A DNA stretch of 64,000 nucleotides from an uncultured bacterium (GTDB lineage Bacteria > Krumholzibacteriota > Krumholzibacteriia > JACNKJ01), in assembly GCA_963695095.1 (NCBI GenBank), contig CAVOFT010000001.1, forward strand, positions 3,546,529-3,610,528. Reading direction: 5' to 3'. The position numbers and the translations under genes were made by a program. The notes under the pieces were generated by a model. That model did not search any database and had not been told where the DNA came from. It was given only the letters and a program-made list of their open reading frames with translations. This document shows positions 33,986 through 43,939 of the stretch, in pieces (position 1 is the first letter of the stretch; every line of letters starts with the position of its first letter).

Positions 33986-34947
33986 TCGCTGTGGCTTCGC
34001 CCCTAGCGGCTTTTCGTGCCGGCGCGCGCGTCTTGCGCGCCGGCCTTTTCGCCCTGCTGCTCCTGGCGCCCCTGGCCTCCGGCTGCGCCTACCTGAGCGG
34101 CAAGGCCGAGCTGCAGGTGAACGAGATCGCCCAGGAAACCCGCGTGCTGCGCGGCCAGCAGCGGGATCTCACGGATGAGGTCGGGCGCATCCGCAGCCTG
34201 CTCGAGAGCGAGGGAATGGTGGGCGACGAGGAGCGCGCAGCGCTGCTCTCCCGCCTGGACGCCCTCGAGCGCGCGGTGATCCAGATGACGGCGCGCGGCG
34301 AGGAGCAGGAGGCCATGCTGAAGCGCATGGCTGCGACCCTGGACCAGCTCGCGCGCCAGGCCAGCTTCGCCCCCGGGGGCGCCACTGCCGGACCCGCGCC
34401 GGGAACGGCGCCGGGAACCGTGGCGACCACGCCGGGCGCAGCGCCCGGCGCCGAGACGCCTCCCCCGCAGGCCACGGCGCCTGCCGCAGCGACACCGGCG
34501 GCTCCGGCCCCGGCTGCCGCCGCGAGCGCCGATTCGGGCCGCGCTCAGCCCGTCGAGGAGGGCTCCACGGAGCTGGCCATCTACGATGCGGCCCGCGGCG
34601 ACTTCGCCCGCGGCAACTACGCGCTCGCCCGCGACGGCTTCGACGAGCTGCTCCGCCGCTTCCCGCGCAGCAGTCTCGCCGACAATGCCGCCTACTGGCT
34701 GGCCGAAAGCTTCTACGCCGAGGCGAAGTACCTGCAGGCCCTGGAGCGCTACGAGGAGATCCTGATCGCCTATCCCGAGGGCGACGTGCGCCCGGCCGCC
34801 CTGCTCAAGACCGGCTACTGCCGCCTCGAGCTGGGCTTCCCCGACGAGGCCGCTCGCTCTTTCGAGCGCGTGACGCTGCTCTTCCCCGAGAGCAACGAGG
34901 CGGCCATCGCCCAGCACAAGCTCAGCAGCATCCCGCGACCGCGCTAG
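33982..34947 (+). CDS. cpoB: Tol-Pal system TPR protein CpoB/YbgF
   Basis: Lipobox LASGC, coiled coil, TPR (NAAYWLAESFY); last gene of tol-pal. Confidence 0.85.
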   Translation: MIAVASPLAAFRAGARVLRAGLFALLLLAPLASGCAYLSGKAELQVNEIAQETRVLRGQQRDLTDEVGRIRSLLESEGMVGDEERAALLSRLDALERAVIQMTARGEEQEAMLKRMAATLDQLARQASFAPGGATAGPAPGTAPGTVATTPGAAPGAETPPPQATAPAAATPAAPAPAAAASADSGRAQPVEEGSTELAIYDAARGDFARGNYALARDGFDELLRRFPRSSLADNAAYWLAESFYAEAKYLQALERYEEILIAYPEGDVRPAALLKTGYCRLELGFPDEAARSFERVTLLFPESNEAAIAQHKLSSIPRPR

Positions 34948-34978
34948 CGGTGCCGCGGCTAGCGCAGCGCGGCCCTCA

Positions 34979-36364
34979 TCAGCGCAGCGCCGCGAAGAGC
35001 GCTGCGAGCTTCGCGCGGTCCTTGCGGCCCGGGGCGGACTCCACGCCGCTGGCCAGATCGAGCGCGAAGGGCAGCAGCGCCGCCGCCTCGGCAATGTTCG
35101 CCGGGTTCAATCCTCCCGCCAGGATCACCTGCCGACCGAAGCGCTCCGCGTCCTGCGCGAGCAGGTCCGCGAGCAGCGCGTAGTCGAAGCGCCGGCCCGT
35201 GCCGCCCACCTGTCCCGCGACCTTCGTATCGAGCAGGATGTAGTCGGCGACGCTATCCGGCAGCACCACGGGCTCGCTGCCCACCGGCAGCACGCGCGTC
35301 ACGAAGGTCTCGGGCAGGCGGCCCTTGACCCACTGCACATCCTTCTCGCTGTAGCCGCCGTGCAGCTGGAGGCCATGCAGGTTGCAGCGCCGGGCGATGG
35401 CTGCGACCTCTTCCAGCCGCCGCTCGACGAAGACGCCCACCTTGACGCCGGCCAGTCCGCGCACGAGGGTCTCCAGGTTCTCCGGCTCGAGGTGCCGCGG
35501 GCTGCCCTCGTGGAGGATGAAGCCGAGCCAGCTCGCGCCCGCATCGAGGGCGGCCTCGGCGTCGGCGCGGCTGGTGATGCCGCAGATCTTAACGCGCCCG
35601 TAGACCAGCTCCTTCACCTTGGCCGCCATGTCCGGCGCGGCCAGGATGCTGCTGCCGATGAGGAAGGCGTCCACCTGGGGCGCGAGCCGGCGCAGCTCGG
35701 CGTGGTGGGCGAAGCCCGACTCGCTCACGCGCAGCAGGCCCGACGGCACGCGCGGCGCAAGGCGCTCGGTGACGGTCAGGTCCGTGCGCAGGGTATCGAG
35801 GTCGCGGTTGTTGATGCCGACGATCTGGGCCCCCGCCGCGAGCGCCCGCTCGAGTTCGGCCTCGTCGTGCACTTCCACCAGGGCGGCCATGCCCAGCTCG
35901 GCGGCGGCGGCGCGCAGCTCGACGAGTTGCGCCTGCTCCAGCGCCGCCACGATGAGCAGCACGGCGTCCGCCCCCAGCCAGCGTGATTCGGTCACCTGGT
36001 AGGGATCGATGGTGAAGTCCTTGCGCAGCAGGGGCCGCGTCGTGAGCGCGCGGGCGCGGCGCAAATCCTCCGCGCTGCCGCCGAAGAAGCGCTCGTCGGT
36101 GAGCACGCTGATGCAGTCGGCGTGGCGCTCGTAGAGGGCGAGCAGCTCGTCGAGATCGAGATCGGGGCGAATCGCTCCCCGGCTCGGGCTCGCCTTCTTG
36201 ACTTCGAGGATGTAGCGCCGCCCCGGCGCCGCCAGCGCGGCACGGAAGTCACGCGTGCTCGGCGCCAGCTCGGCGGCGAAGCTGGAGAGCGGCCGCTCGC
36301 GCTTGGCGATCGCAAGCTCTTCGCGCTTCGCGGCCAGGATGCGCTGCAGCACGGACTCGCTCAC
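34979..36364 (-). CDS. trpCF: Bifunctional indole-3-glycerol-phosphate synthase / phosphoribosylanthranilate isomerase
   Basis: EVKKASPSRG, SVLTD, LRKDF, GINNRDL, then VKICGIT, LAGGLNP, DLASGVE. Confidence 0.95.
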   Translation of the reverse strand: MSESVLQRILAAKREELAIAKRERPLSSFAAELAPSTRDFRAALAAPGRRYILEVKKASPSRGAIRPDLDLDELLALYERHADCISVLTDERFFGGSAEDLRRARALTTRPLLRKDFTIDPYQVTESRWLGADAVLLIVAALEQAQLVELRAAAAELGMAALVEVHDEAELERALAAGAQIVGINNRDLDTLRTDLTVTERLAPRVPSGLLRVSESGFAHHAELRRLAPQVDAFLIGSSILAAPDMAAKVKELVYGRVKICGITSRADAEAALDAGASWLGFILHEGSPRHLEPENLETLVRGLAGVKVGVFVERRLEEVAAIARRCNLHGLQLHGGYSEKDVQWVKGRLPETFVTRVLPVGSEPVVLPDSVADYILLDTKVAGQVGGTGRRFDYALLADLLAQDAERFGRQVILAGGLNPANIAEAAALLPFALDLASGVESAPGRKDRAKLAALFAALR

Positions 36365-37380
36365 TTCAGATCCCGACTGGCTTCGACCCAGCGCTCGAGC
36401 AGGCGCAGGGGCTCGCCGGCGGCCATCAGTTCCAGGGCGCGCCGGGCGGCGGCGGCCCAGTCGTCCTCGGCGCCGGTGAGCACGAGGCCGGCCGCGGCGT
36501 TGATCGCCACCGCGCGCGCGCGCGGCCCGCGGTCCTTGCCGCCCAGCACCTCGCGCAGGATGGACGCGTTCTCCTCGGCGCTGCCCCCCGTCAGGTCGGC
36601 CGCGGCGGCGGGCGCGAGGCCGATGGCCTCGGGATCGACTTCCAGCCCGCGCAGGCCGCCGCCCTCGACGGCGATGATGCGACTCGGCCCGTGCAGGGCC
36701 AGCTCGTCCATGCCCGAACCGTGGATGACGAAGGCCCGCTCGCTGCCCATGTCGAGCAGGGCCTGGGCCATGGGCTCGAGCAGGGCCTCGCTGTAGACCC
36801 CGAGCACCTGCGCGTAGGGTCTCAGCGGATTGCTGAGCGGCCCGATCAGGTTGAAGAGCGTGCGCGTCGCCAGGGCCTGGCGCACGGGCATCACCGCCTT
36901 CATCGCCGGGTGGTAGCGCGGCGCGAAGAGAAAGCAGATGCCCAGCTCGTCGAGCAGCTTGCCATTGGCCGCGGGGCTCAGCTCGATGCGCAGGCCGAGG
37001 GCTTCCAGCACATCGGCACTGCCCGCGCGGCTGGAGACGGCGCGGTTGCCGTGCTTGGCCACGGGCTGGCCGGCCGCCGCCAGCACCAGGGCCGCCGCCG
37101 TGGAGATGTTGAAGCTGTGCTGGCCGTCGCCGCCCGTGCCGCAGGTGTCCATCACACGCTCGCGGACCGTGGGGACGGCAACGGCGGCATCCTGCAGGGC
37201 GCGCGCGGCGCCGCCGATCTCGGCGGGCGTCTCGCCCTTGATCTTGAGCGCGATGAGAATGCCGGCGATCTGCGCCGGCTCGAGGGCGCCACTCATGATC
37301 TCGCCGACGACGAGCCGCGTTTCGGCGAAGGTGAGGTCCTGCGCTTCGTAGAGCTTCTTCAGGATGAGCGCATGACTCAC
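36361..37380 (-). CDS. trpD: Anthranilate phosphoribosyltransferase
   Basis: DTCGTGGDG, FNIST, KHGNRAVSS, GPLSNP, GMDE. Confidence 0.95.
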   Translation of the reverse strand: MSHALILKKLYEAQDLTFAETRLVVGEIMSGALEPAQIAGILIALKIKGETPAEIGGAARALQDAAVAVPTVRERVMDTCGTGGDGQHSFNISTAAALVLAAAGQPVAKHGNRAVSSRAGSADVLEALGLRIELSPAANGKLLDELGICFLFAPRYHPAMKAVMPVRQALATRTLFNLIGPLSNPLRPYAQVLGVYSEALLEPMAQALLDMGSERAFVIHGSGMDELALHGPSRIIAVEGGGLRGLEVDPEAIGLAPAAAADLTGGSAEENASILREVLGGKDRGPRARAVAINAAAGLVLTGAEDDWAAAARRALELMAAGEPLRLLERWVEASRDLK

Positions 37381-37520
37381 GCAGGCCTCCACGCGGCGGG
37401 GGGGGCTGGGGTGGGCAGCGATGGGCCACACTGCGGTGGCGCTCGGCGCCGTGGGCGATTTACACCAAGGGGACCGCACTGGCGCAAGGGTTAAGTGCGC
37501 CCGGCCGTCTGACTCGGGGC

Positions 37521-37985
37521 CTAGCGCCCCTCGGGCGGCGACCCGCCCTTCGGCGGGCGCCCGCCATGGCCGGGGCCGCCGGGACCACCAGGTCCACCGG
37601 GACCGCCGCGCGGGGGTGGCGGCGGTGGCAAGTCCGGCTCCATGCGGTCGAAACGGCGCTGCTGTTCGGCATCGAGACAGGCGCGCACCTCGACTCGCAA
37701 GGAATCGGTGAGGGCCCGCAGCTCGGGCAGGAACTGCTCGCGAACGGCCTCGCTGCGCCGGCGGCCTTCGCGCAGAATGTCGTCGATCGCCTGCTGCTGT
37801 TCGGGGCTGAGCCGCAGCTCCTCGACGAGTTCCGGCGGCAGACCACCTCGCGGCGCGGGGCGCTGTTGAATCATGCGGCTGCGCTCGATCGCCGCTCCCG
37901 TGAGCGCTCCGATCGCGAAGACCAGGGCCAGGATACCCAGTGCCTGCAGGCGGAGGCGGGAGATCGATTCGAGGGGCGCGTTCAT
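37521..37985 (-). CDS. Periplasmic Spy/CpxP/heavy-metal-sensor-like protein
   Basis: One TM, L.LSPEQ and L.AEQ (LTxxQ-like) motifs, Pro/Gly tail. Confidence 0.6.
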   Translation of the reverse strand: MNAPLESISRLRLQALGILALVFAIGALTGAAIERSRMIQQRPAPRGGLPPELVEELRLSPEQQQAIDDILREGRRRSEAVREQFLPELRALTDSLRVEVRACLDAEQQRRFDRMEPDLPPPPPPRGGPGGPGGPGGPGHGGRPPKGGSPPEGR

Positions 37986-38344
37986 CGTTGCTCGCCCTGG
38001 ACCGGCAGGGCCAGTCCGTCCTCGTTGCCCGCGCTGCCATAGAGCCAGGCGCTGGGCACACCGCTGGCTTCGGCGATCAGGCTGCGCGGCGCCGAACGGG
38101 GCTGCTGCGTGAGCAAGATCGCCATGGCGCCCAGCATGAGCAGCGCCGAGCCGGCGAAGATCGGCAGGCGCCAGCGCCAGAACTGACCCCAGAGGCCGAG
38201 CGCAGCCTGGCGGCGAAGTAGCTCCGCGGTCGCCGCACGCCGAATGTCGCCCACCAGCCGCTCGAAGCGGTCGGGATCCCCTTGTGGATCGCAGCTCGAC
38301 AGGTCGCAGGGCTCCTCTTCGTATAGTCGCTCGTCAACGCTCAT
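37982..38344 (-). CDS. Putative membrane anti-sigma factor
   Basis: Small single-TM protein overlapping the ECF sigma stop. Confidence 0.55.
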   Translation of the reverse strand: MSVDERLYEEEPCDLSSCDPQGDPDRFERLVGDIRRAATAELLRRQAALGLWGQFWRWRLPIFAGSALLMLGAMAILLTQQPRSAPRSLIAEASGVPSAWLYGSAGNEDGLALPVQGEQR

Positions 38345-39023
38345 GGCTCTGTGCCTCCTTGGCTTGCGCGTCCAGCAGCGCCCGCAACCGGCGGCGCGCC
38401 TGGAAGAGGTGCTGGCGCGACATCAACTCCGAGATCCCAAGCTGTTCACTGATGCTGCGATGATCCCAACCGTCCAGATCGTAGAGCAGCAGGACGCTGC
38501 GCGGTGTCTCGGCCAGCTCGCCGAGGGCCAGCTCCAGGCGCCGGCGCAGGGCCAGGCGCGCGGGATCCTGCCGGGGATCGCCGGCGGCGGCGGCCTTGCT
38601 CGCCTCCAGGGCGTCGGCTGCCCGCAGGCGCAGGTAGTCGATGCGGTTGCGCGCAGTGTTGCGCGCGATCTGCAGAACCCAGGGCAGAAAGCGCTCCGGG
38701 TCGCGCAAGTCGTCGATGTGCTCCAGGGCGCGCAGGCAGACGTCCTGGCAGATGTCCTCGGCCTCCGCCGGCTGGCCGACGAGACCCAGTGCGACGGCAA
38801 AGAGGCTGCGGTAGTGCCGGCGCACCAGCGCGTCGAAGGCAGCCGCTTCCCCGCGGCGCACTCGAACCACCAGCAGGCCGTCGTCGCGGCTGCTGTCCTG
38901 GAAGCGGCTGCTGGCGACGGCTCGCTCCTCCTGCCTTGCCGCAACCACTTGCGGCTGGATCGGCGCCGCGGCCATCTCCACCGCCGCGGTCGCCGATCGA
39001 CAGGATCCTACGCCGCTGGACAC
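38334..39023 (-). CDS. ECF RNA polymerase sigma factor (start uncertain)
   Basis: AFDALVRRH, AEDICQD, WVLQIARN; region 4 ISEQLGIS...HLFQARRRLR. Confidence 0.88.
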   Translation of the reverse strand: MSSGVGSCRSATAAVEMAAAPIQPQVVAARQEERAVASSRFQDSSRDDGLLVVRVRRGEAAAFDALVRRHYRSLFAVALGLVGQPAEAEDICQDVCLRALEHIDDLRDPERFLPWVLQIARNTARNRIDYLRLRAADALEASKAAAAGDPRQDPARLALRRRLELALGELAETPRSVLLLYDLDGWDHRSISEQLGISELMSRQHLFQARRRLRALLDAQAKEAQSHER

Positions 39024-39038
39024 GCCGTCAACGGCTCA

Positions 39039-39737
39039 CTAACGATACAGCGTCTTGAGCGCGCTCCACGACAGCTCCGTGGCCGCCGTCGCGCCCGGCA
39101 CCAGCTCGACGTAGTCGATGCGGGCATTGCCCGTCGCATCGCCCACCGAGACGCCGCCGATCGCCAGTTCCACGCTTTGCCCTGCATAGGCGCTCAGATC
39201 CACCTCGACCGGACCCACCCAGTTCGGGTAGCTGTCGTTGGCCTGCTCGAGCGACAGCGTCCACAGCTCCGCGCCGTTGACCGCCACGTAGGCGCGATCG
39301 CCATCGGCGGGGACATCGTCGCTCGTGGGCCGGAAGGCGATGTAGTAGAAGGAGAGCAGGGACGTATCGGCCGGGATGCTCAGCGTCTGCGCCACCGCGT
39401 TGGTGACGGGCAGCGTCTCGCCCGACCCCTCGTCGTAGCAGAAGCCGCCCACCCAGAAGTCCATGCTGCCGTCGAAGGCCGAGACGTACCAGTCGCCGCT
39501 GTGATCGCCGATCCGCTCGCAGCCCACGTTGGCCGTCTCCGTCCAGGCAGAGGCGGGCGGCGGGCCCTGTTCGAAGCTGCCGTCGGCGATCAGGGTGCGG
39601 TCGCCGGCCCCGGGGCCGGGCGCCGTGATCGTGCCCGCCGGCTGCCAGCTGCCGTCGGCATCGAGGCTGCTCGCCAGCGCGGAGCCCGCAAGCAGGAGGC
39701 CGATGATGAGTGTCATCACGCGCGTTGTCCGTAGCAT
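39039..39737 (-). CDS. Secreted hypothetical protein with C-terminal SWSALKTLYR tail
   Basis: Signal peptide, DGSFE jelly-roll-like start, AAGGAG RBS. Confidence 0.75.
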   Translation of the reverse strand: MLRTTRVMTLIIGLLLAGSALASSLDADGSWQPAGTITAPGPGAGDRTLIADGSFEQGPPPASAWTETANVGCERIGDHSGDWYVSAFDGSMDFWVGGFCYDEGSGETLPVTNAVAQTLSIPADTSLLSFYYIAFRPTSDDVPADGDRAYVAVNGAELWTLSLEQANDSYPNWVGPVEVDLSAYAGQSVELAIGGVSVGDATGNARIDYVELVPGATAATELSWSALKTLYR

Positions 39738-39773
39738 GTTCCGCTCCTTGCGATGGAGGCCGCCCGTGGCGAC

Positions 39774-41306
39774 CTACTTGAGCACCATGAGTTTCTTGGT
39801 CACGATCGCGCCGTCCACGGCGAGTTGATACAGATAGGTTCCGCTGGCCAGCCCGCTGGCGTCGAAGGTGACGACGTGCTCGCCCGCCGCCTGCGCGCCA
39901 TCCACCAAGCTCGCCACCTCGCGCCCGAGGGCGTCGAACACGCAAAGCTGCACGGCGGCGGGCTGCGCCAGCGTGTAGCTGATCGTCGTCTTCGGGTTGA
40001 AGGGATTCGGGTAGTTCTGCGCGAGCGCCACGCCGGCGGGCGGCGCCTGCTCGGTCCCCGAGATGCCGAGGGCCGCCAGCCCCGGATAGCCGGTGCCGTA
40101 GCGCAGCGAGCGGGCGATCTCGCCCGTCGTGTCGAAGCTCCACTGGACGGCGCCGGCGCTATTCACCTCGAAGAGGTAGGCACTCGTGGACTCCGCGATC
40201 AAGGTGTTGCCATTGGGCAGGCGCTGGCAGGCGCCCAGATGCTGCGAGTAAAAGCCTGTCGCCGTGTAGGTCCAGGTCGGCGATGCCGGGCCATAGGCCA
40301 TGCCCGGTGCCAGGTAGTAGGTGTAGGTGCCGTCATGGGGCGGCGTGATCTCGACCACGATGGACGTGCTCTGCCCGTCACGGTTGTTGAAGGCGAGGAT
40401 GTTTCCCGCGCCGGGGTAGCCCGTCGGGATCCAGGTCGAACAGTGCACGACATCGAAGTAGTGCGTCCCGGCGGCACGGTAGTTGGCGGGATTCCCCCAG
40501 CGATAGAGGATGTCTCCACCCCGGCCCGCATTACCTCCGCTGTGGCTGGCAGCTTCGGCGGTGGTGGTGCTGTGATCGATGACGTACAGCTCGTCCAGGT
40601 TGTGCGAGGAGATGACGATCTGGTCCAGATCCGGGTTGTAGCTGATGGCGTTGGTGTGCATCCAGTCCCCACCCAGCATGCTGTTGCCGACATTGATGTC
40701 CATCAGCTCCGGATGATCGGCAACCACCCCGTAGTTGGCCTTGCTCGAATCGTGGTCTTGGATCAGGTGATCCCAGACATGCCACTGCCAGACGATGGTA
40801 CCGCTCGAGGATCCCGTCGGCTGCACTTCGACGATGTGGTCCGGCCAGATCTCGGCGGTGTGGTCCAGACCTGCCGCCACCGCTTCCGTCGAGGTCTTGC
40901 GCTCCCAGGCGATGAGCAGGACGTTGCCGTTCGGCATGGGTTCGATGTCGTGATGACTGCGCACCGAATTGCTGCTGTACCAGTACTCCCACATCAGCGC
41001 GTTGTCGGCCCCGCGCTGCTCGACGATGCCGGCGGCGGCGCCGCCGTTCAAGTTGGAATTCGTCGAAAGCGCCGGCCTGAGCACACTGCCGTCCTCGAGC
41101 AGGTAGGCAGAGTAACCGCCGCTGCGCGTGTGGATCCACGTGTGGACGACGCTGTTGTCCATGTCGAGCAGGTAGGTTCGGTTGCCGCCGTTGGGGCTGT
41201 AGAGGGTGTAGCCGTCATAGGGTGTGGCCAGCGCCGACGCGGTCGGCAGCAGGCAGCCGGCCGCCAGGAGGATGATGAGGAGTCGGTGCCGAAGTGTGGG
41301 CTGCAT
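39774..41306 (-). CDS. Arylsulfotransferase (ASST)-like protein with T9SS/FlgD-like C-terminal domain
   Basis: HHDIEPMPNGNVL, WQWHVWDH, DWMHTNAI, YRWGNP, QRLPNGNTLI; tail QNYPNPFNP. Confidence 0.8.
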   Translation of the reverse strand: MQPTLRHRLLIILLAAGCLLPTASALATPYDGYTLYSPNGGNRTYLLDMDNSVVHTWIHTRSGGYSAYLLEDGSVLRPALSTNSNLNGGAAAGIVEQRGADNALMWEYWYSSNSVRSHHDIEPMPNGNVLLIAWERKTSTEAVAAGLDHTAEIWPDHIVEVQPTGSSSGTIVWQWHVWDHLIQDHDSSKANYGVVADHPELMDINVGNSMLGGDWMHTNAISYNPDLDQIVISSHNLDELYVIDHSTTTAEAASHSGGNAGRGGDILYRWGNPANYRAAGTHYFDVVHCSTWIPTGYPGAGNILAFNNRDGQSTSIVVEITPPHDGTYTYYLAPGMAYGPASPTWTYTATGFYSQHLGACQRLPNGNTLIAESTSAYLFEVNSAGAVQWSFDTTGEIARSLRYGTGYPGLAALGISGTEQAPPAGVALAQNYPNPFNPKTTISYTLAQPAAVQLCVFDALGREVASLVDGAQAAGEHVVTFDASGLASGTYLYQLAVDGAIVTKKLMVLK

Positions 41307-41366
41307 GATTCGCCTTTCGCTGGATGCGCGGGCGCCGCTCGCTGCGGCGCCCGCCGTCTGGGGTGG

Positions 41367-43793
41367 CTACTTGATGATCAACAAGCGACCCGCCGCCGTT
41401 TCGCCGGCGGCGTGCAACCGATAGAGATAGACGCCGGCCGCGAGGCCCGCGCCGTCGAAGGACGCGCTGTGCACGCCCGCCGCCAGCTCGCCGTCGACGA
41501 GGCTGGCGACGCGGCGGCCGCCGACATCGAAGACTTCCAGGGTCGCCCGCCCCGCCGTGGGCAGGCTGAACTGGATGCGGGCCCTGCCGGCGCTCGGGTT
41601 CGGCACCGCGCGCGCCAGGTAGAGCCGCGTCGGCAGCAGCCCGTCTGCGGCCGTCGAGCCCTGGTTGGCCGCCCCGGGCGTGGGCAGCGACGTGGCCTCG
41701 AAGGCACCCGTGCCGTCGGGGATGCGCGCCCAGGACCAGTCCGTCTGCTGGGCGCCGAAGCTCAGGCTGTCCACCACGCTGAAGTCGGGGTTGGAGAGGA
41801 TCACCGCTTCGCCGCCGGCCGAGAGCTTGAAGTCCGCGTGCAGGCCCTCCTGGTCGAGGTCGGAGTCGGCCCAGACCAGCAGATAGCCGTGGGCGGGGAT
41901 GGAGACGCCGTCGGGGATCATCCACTTCGCCGGCGAGGCGAAGTTGTCGGAGAGATAAAGGCCGCCCAGCGACAGCTCGCTGTCCGTGTTGTTGTAGAGC
42001 TCCACCCAGTCCTCCGCCTCGCCGGCGGGGTCCGTGTAGCTGTCGCTGTCGGCCATGAGCTCGTTGATCGCCACCTGGCCCGCCGCGCAGGCATTGCCGA
42101 AGCCATTGTGGCGGCCGAAGGTGGGCGTGCCCTGCACGAAGTCGCCCGTGCCGTTGGGGATGCGGGCCATGGTGAGGTCGGCGGTCTGCGCGCCGAAGGT
42201 CACGGAGTCGATCAGCACTGCCTGCGTGTCCGAGAGGAGGATCTGCTCGCCGCTGGCCGAGAGCTTGAAGGCGGCGTGCAGACCTTCCTGACCGTCATCG
42301 TCGTCGGCCCAGACGATGAGGTACTCGTTCACGCCGATCACCGTGCCGGCGGGGAACTGCCACATCGTGACCGCGGCAGGATCGTCCGAAAGGTACATGC
42401 CGCTCAGGTCGACCGGCGCGTCCGTGGTGTTGTACAGCTCGATCCAGTCCTCGGCCTCGCCGGCCGGATCCAGGATCAGCGTGTTGCTGGCCGCGAACTC
42501 GTTGATGACCACGTCGCCGGGCTCGATGCTGCTCTCGCAGCTCACGCCCAGGGCGTCGAGCTGATCGGCGACGTCCACCTCGCGCGCGGTGATGAAGGCG
42601 ACGAGCCCCGGCTTGCGGTGCCCGCCCACGGTGATGTCGGTCGTCAGGTTCGTCTCGAACTGCGCGTCCGTGTACATCTTGCGCGGGTCCGCGTAGACGT
42701 AGGGCCGCACGAAGTCGGCCAGGGCCGTCACCTGCGGCAAGAGCCGCTCCGAGGAGAAGTAGTTGCTGTAGAGGCCGCAGAGCGCGACCAGGTACTCCTG
42801 CGAGAGCGTGGGATCGGCGAAGATCTTGGCCGCCAGCGGCCGGTTCGCAGTGCTGCTGACATAGGTGAGGCCGAGCGTCTCGTAGTTCTGCGCCGCGCTC
42901 CAGTAGGAGCCGAAGCTCATGCCCGTGTCCCAGACGACCCACTCCAGGCGGCCGGTGGTCTCCTCGAAGTAGAGGTAGAAGTTGCGACAGCTGCCCACGT
43001 AGGAGTCGAGGCTGGCCATCAGGATGTCCGTGGCAAGGGCGCGGTAGAGGCTGGTCAGGTTGAGCACCGGCGGCAGCGCGGTGGCCACGCTCGCCGTGTT
43101 GTTCAGCGAATCGATGACGGCGATCAGGTCGTGCCAGGTGGTCGCCACCGAGTCGCTCTTCAGCTCGTAGCGGCTGACGTAGCTGCTGGGATCGCTGCCG
43201 TACCACTTGAAGTCCGAGAGCGGCCCGCCGAGGAAGCCGTCGACGGCCTTGTAGCGGTTGCCGTCGTTGTTGCCGAAGCGGCTGGACATGAAGGTCTTGT
43301 CCACGTGCTCGACGAGGCTGTAGAAGCCCCAGTGCTCGCCGTTCAGCGACAGGTCCGCAAAGTTGCCGCGCGGGGCGGGCACGCCCGCGTCCCGGCAGAA
43401 GTCCAGGTGCAGCTTCTCGCGGATGAAGGTCGGGTCTTCCCAGCAGTTGTTGAGGTGTACGCCCTTCAGCTCGTCCCAGCGCTGATCGTCGCGGTACTCG
43501 TCGAAGGCCAGGCGGAAGGGCTTCTTGTCGTTGGGGTGCGTGTAGGAAGCGTTGCCCTTGAGCCGCACGCCGACGCTGTCGATGGCGACGCCGTCGATGG
43601 TGACCACCGCCGCGAGCATCTGCTCCAGGCCGGCCTCGTAGTAGGTGACCAGCGAGTCCCACCAGGCCACCTGCGAAAACTCGATGTTGATGTCGAGCAC
43701 CTGGGTGCCGGCGAAGACGGTATCGCCGGCCGCCAGCGCGCCCTGCGGAGCGAGGAGCAGCGCCAGGGCAAGCACGCGTGCGATGGGCCTCAT
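41367..43793 (-). CDS. CotH-family kinase with two lamin-tail domains and T9SS/FlgD-like C-terminal domain
   Basis: VGVRLKGN, DPTFIRE, NFYLY, WDTGMSFG; two INE..A...DW.ELYN domains; PNP...GVYLYRL. Confidence 0.85.
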   Translation of the reverse strand: MRPIARVLALALLLAPQGALAAGDTVFAGTQVLDINIEFSQVAWWDSLVTYYEAGLEQMLAAVVTIDGVAIDSVGVRLKGNASYTHPNDKKPFRLAFDEYRDDQRWDELKGVHLNNCWEDPTFIREKLHLDFCRDAGVPAPRGNFADLSLNGEHWGFYSLVEHVDKTFMSSRFGNNDGNRYKAVDGFLGGPLSDFKWYGSDPSSYVSRYELKSDSVATTWHDLIAVIDSLNNTASVATALPPVLNLTSLYRALATDILMASLDSYVGSCRNFYLYFEETTGRLEWVVWDTGMSFGSYWSAAQNYETLGLTYVSSTANRPLAAKIFADPTLSQEYLVALCGLYSNYFSSERLLPQVTALADFVRPYVYADPRKMYTDAQFETNLTTDITVGGHRKPGLVAFITAREVDVADQLDALGVSCESSIEPGDVVINEFAASNTLILDPAGEAEDWIELYNTTDAPVDLSGMYLSDDPAAVTMWQFPAGTVIGVNEYLIVWADDDDGQEGLHAAFKLSASGEQILLSDTQAVLIDSVTFGAQTADLTMARIPNGTGDFVQGTPTFGRHNGFGNACAAGQVAINELMADSDSYTDPAGEAEDWVELYNNTDSELSLGGLYLSDNFASPAKWMIPDGVSIPAHGYLLVWADSDLDQEGLHADFKLSAGGEAVILSNPDFSVVDSLSFGAQQTDWSWARIPDGTGAFEATSLPTPGAANQGSTAADGLLPTRLYLARAVPNPSAGRARIQFSLPTAGRATLEVFDVGGRRVASLVDGELAAGVHSASFDGAGLAAGVYLYRLHAAGETAAGRLLIIK

Positions 43794-43939
43794 GGATCTG
43801 CCTTTCGGTAGACGGTGGGCCAGCCCGAGGGCAATGGGGACTCCGGACGGCATGAGGCGGAAGCCTCAGCGGGAGCGGGCGCCGTGCGGGGAATTTCGGG
43901 TGGCGTTATCTCTTTGAGACAAGCGGCAGCGCCGAGATG

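Noticed and set aside
37398..37405. G8 tract upstream of trpD
   Set aside because: Short, lies outside a promoter spacer and is unremarkable at this GC content.
39753..43811. 1352-aa + strand ORF and similar long ORFs (305-2173, 17471-19843, 59412-61502)
   Set aside because: Shadow or alternative frames of well-supported genes; stops are scarce at high GC and no family motifs are present.
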